NCBI GenBank assembly: GCA_031264185.1
Contig: JAISEL010000035.1
Coordinates: 1-64,000, forward strand
Source of the DNA: Deltaproteobacteria bacterium
Lineage (GTDB): Bacteria; Desulfobacterota; Desulfarculia; Adiutricales; Adiutricaceae
Reading direction: 5' to 3'
Length of the DNA: 64,000 bases
Shown here: in pieces, positions 62,940 through 64,000 of the stretch
Layout: each line of letters begins with the position of its first letter
Numbering within the stretch: the first letter of the stretch is position 1
Notes under the pieces: model-generated
Seen by the model: the letters and a program-made list of their open reading frames with translations, nothing else
Told to the model about the DNA's origin: nothing
Database searches by the model: none
Made by a program: the position numbers and the translations under genes

Positions 62940-64000
62940 ATGCTTATGACTCAAATACGTTTCCTTCTGTATCTCATAAAAAGGGCCGGCTCCAAACGTG
63001 ACACCCTTATTGTCACCTCTTTGCTGTCCGGCATAATTCAGGGTCTGCTGCTCTACTCCATTAACTTGTCCGTTGGGGAGCTGTCTGCGTCCCAAAGCAT
63101 TTCCTTAAGAACTTTTCTGATTTTCGTTCTGTCCATCTGCTGCCTGTACAAATGCCTTTCCGTGGCCATGGCCATCAGCGCCGGCATCGGCCGGGATTTG
63201 GTCACCAATTTGGAGCTGAAGATAACCGAAAACCTCAGCCAAATAAGCTACCGGGGCTTTTTCGGCTTAAATCAGCCTAAACTGTTTGAGGCCATCTCTG
63301 GAACCAAGGACATCATCAACGAGGCCTCAATACTGCTGCCGGTTTTTATCAGCAGTATCACCATGCTTCTTTGTTCGGTATTGTTTTCCTTCTATGTGTC
63401 CGTGGTGGGTCTGGTTTCTCTTTCGGTGGTGATGGGGATTGCGGCTTTAATATTTTTCCGCAGTGATCAAAAATTTGTGGCCGCCTTATTTAAGTACCGT
63501 CTTAATGTGGATAAATTCCAGGGTTCTTTGAAATCCGTGGTTTTAGGCTTTACAGAACTGAAAATGAATGACCGAAAGCGTTTGGAACTTTTTTCCCGGG
63601 AGATTACCCCTCTTAGGGACAAAGTTTTAATCGGCCGGCAGAAAACCGACGGCTTCCGTGTCCAAAATACGGTCATGTACGGGCTCATGGTTTACTTTCC
63701 TGTGGCGGCTCTGCTGTTTATCCTGCCCCAGACCGGGCTGGCCACATTCGAAGAGTGCATTAAGATTGTGGCTATCACCATGTTCAGCACCATACCTCTG
63801 ATCGGTCTGCTGTCCTTTATGCCTATGTCGGCCCGGGCCGCTATGATTGTCTGGTCTCTGGCTGATTTTGAAATTGAACTCAATCAGCTAAGGGACGAGA
63901 CCGGCGGCCAGCAGCAGAAGCCCTCTGATTTTGCCACCATCGCCTTAAAAGACGGGTGTTTTTCTTATAAAAATAACATAAACGGCTCTCACAGCGGGAA
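62940..64000 (+). CDS. ABC transporter, cyclic-peptide exporter type (SyrD/YojI/PvdE-like), N-terminal TM domain; 3' partial (runs off window)
   Basis: Open frame from ATG 62940/62946 to the window end. Six hydrophobic helices in the arrangement and spacing of YojI-type exporters (...LKMNDRKRLELF... compare LTLNRERAEY). Confidence 0.6.
   Translation, partial: MLMTQIRFLLYLIKRAGSKRDTLIVTSLLSGIIQGLLLYSINLSVGELSASQSISLRTFLIFVLSICCLYKCLSVAMAISAGIGRDLVTNLELKITENLSQISYRGFFGLNQPKLFEAISGTKDIINEASILLPVFISSITMLLCSVLFSFYVSVVGLVSLSVVMGIAALIFFRSDQKFVAALFKYRLNVDKFQGSLKSVVLGFTELKMNDRKRLELFSREITPLRDKVLIGRQKTDGFRVQNTVMYGLMVYFPVAALLFILPQTGLATFEECIKIVAITMFSTIPLIGLLSFMPMSARAAMIVWSLADFEIELNQLRDETGGQQQKPSDFATIALKDGCFSYKNNINGSHSG

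Overview
The window reads as a GC-moderate bacterial chromosome segment in which GC-rich genes are separated by AT-rich spacers. Gene content (opgGH, DUF805, SPFH, Fe-ADH) is Proteobacteria-like, possibly deltaproteobacterial, but that is inference only. It falls into five blocks.

(1) 1-6000: a decayed accessory region. It holds a truncated ADP-ribosylglycohydrolase fragment, a multiply disrupted AAA_21-type ATPase pseudogene with an internal octanucleotide tandem repeat, an intact AT-rich AAA-like ATPase/PD-(D/E)xK gene, and a frameshifted IS110-family transposase remnant.

(2) 6700-17600: an iron alcohol dehydrogenase followed by an osmoregulated periplasmic glucan (OPG) locus. opgG, a coupled 97-aa ORF and opgH lie on the + strand. 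A second AT-rich AAA-ATPase_like/PD-(D/E)xK gene follows. A convergent operon of a secreted glycoside-hydrolase-like protein and an OpgC-like acyltransferase lies on the - strand.

(3) 18100-20400: a tandem triplication of a DUF805 membrane-protein unit. The third copy is pseudogenised. Each unit carries a conserved 31-nt GC-rich motif, which also sits just before the next operon.

(4) 20400-28800: a YdjGHI-like stress module (SPFH protein with five C-terminal zinc ribbons, a membrane protein, a zinc-ribbon/MORN protein). It is followed by a second SPFH protein, a substrate-binding-protein-like gene and a DUF697-like gene.

(5) 29159 to the window end: an approximately 35-kb hybrid NRPS-PKS biosynthetic gene cluster that resembles no characterised pathway I can recognise, and this is the main finding. 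It comprises:
- a type Va autotransporter carrying an S12 beta-lactamase-fold serine hydrolase passenger;
- a 6.2-kaa NRPS with domain order ACP-AMT-(C-A-T)x4-TE-C, in which the thioesterase nucleophile is cysteine;
- an Sfp-type phosphopantetheinyl transferase (PPTase);
- a 2.4-kaa PKS (AT-ACP-KS-AT-DH-KR-ACP);
- an ACP-less KS-AT didomain whose AT active-site Ser is replaced by Gly;
- a SyrD/YojI-type cyclic-peptide ABC exporter that runs off the window.

The architecture fits a beta-amino-acyl (iturin/puwainaphycin-like) cyclic lipopeptide, but with a reorganised, split loading logic. All functional calls rest on motif reading by eye. No database search was run.
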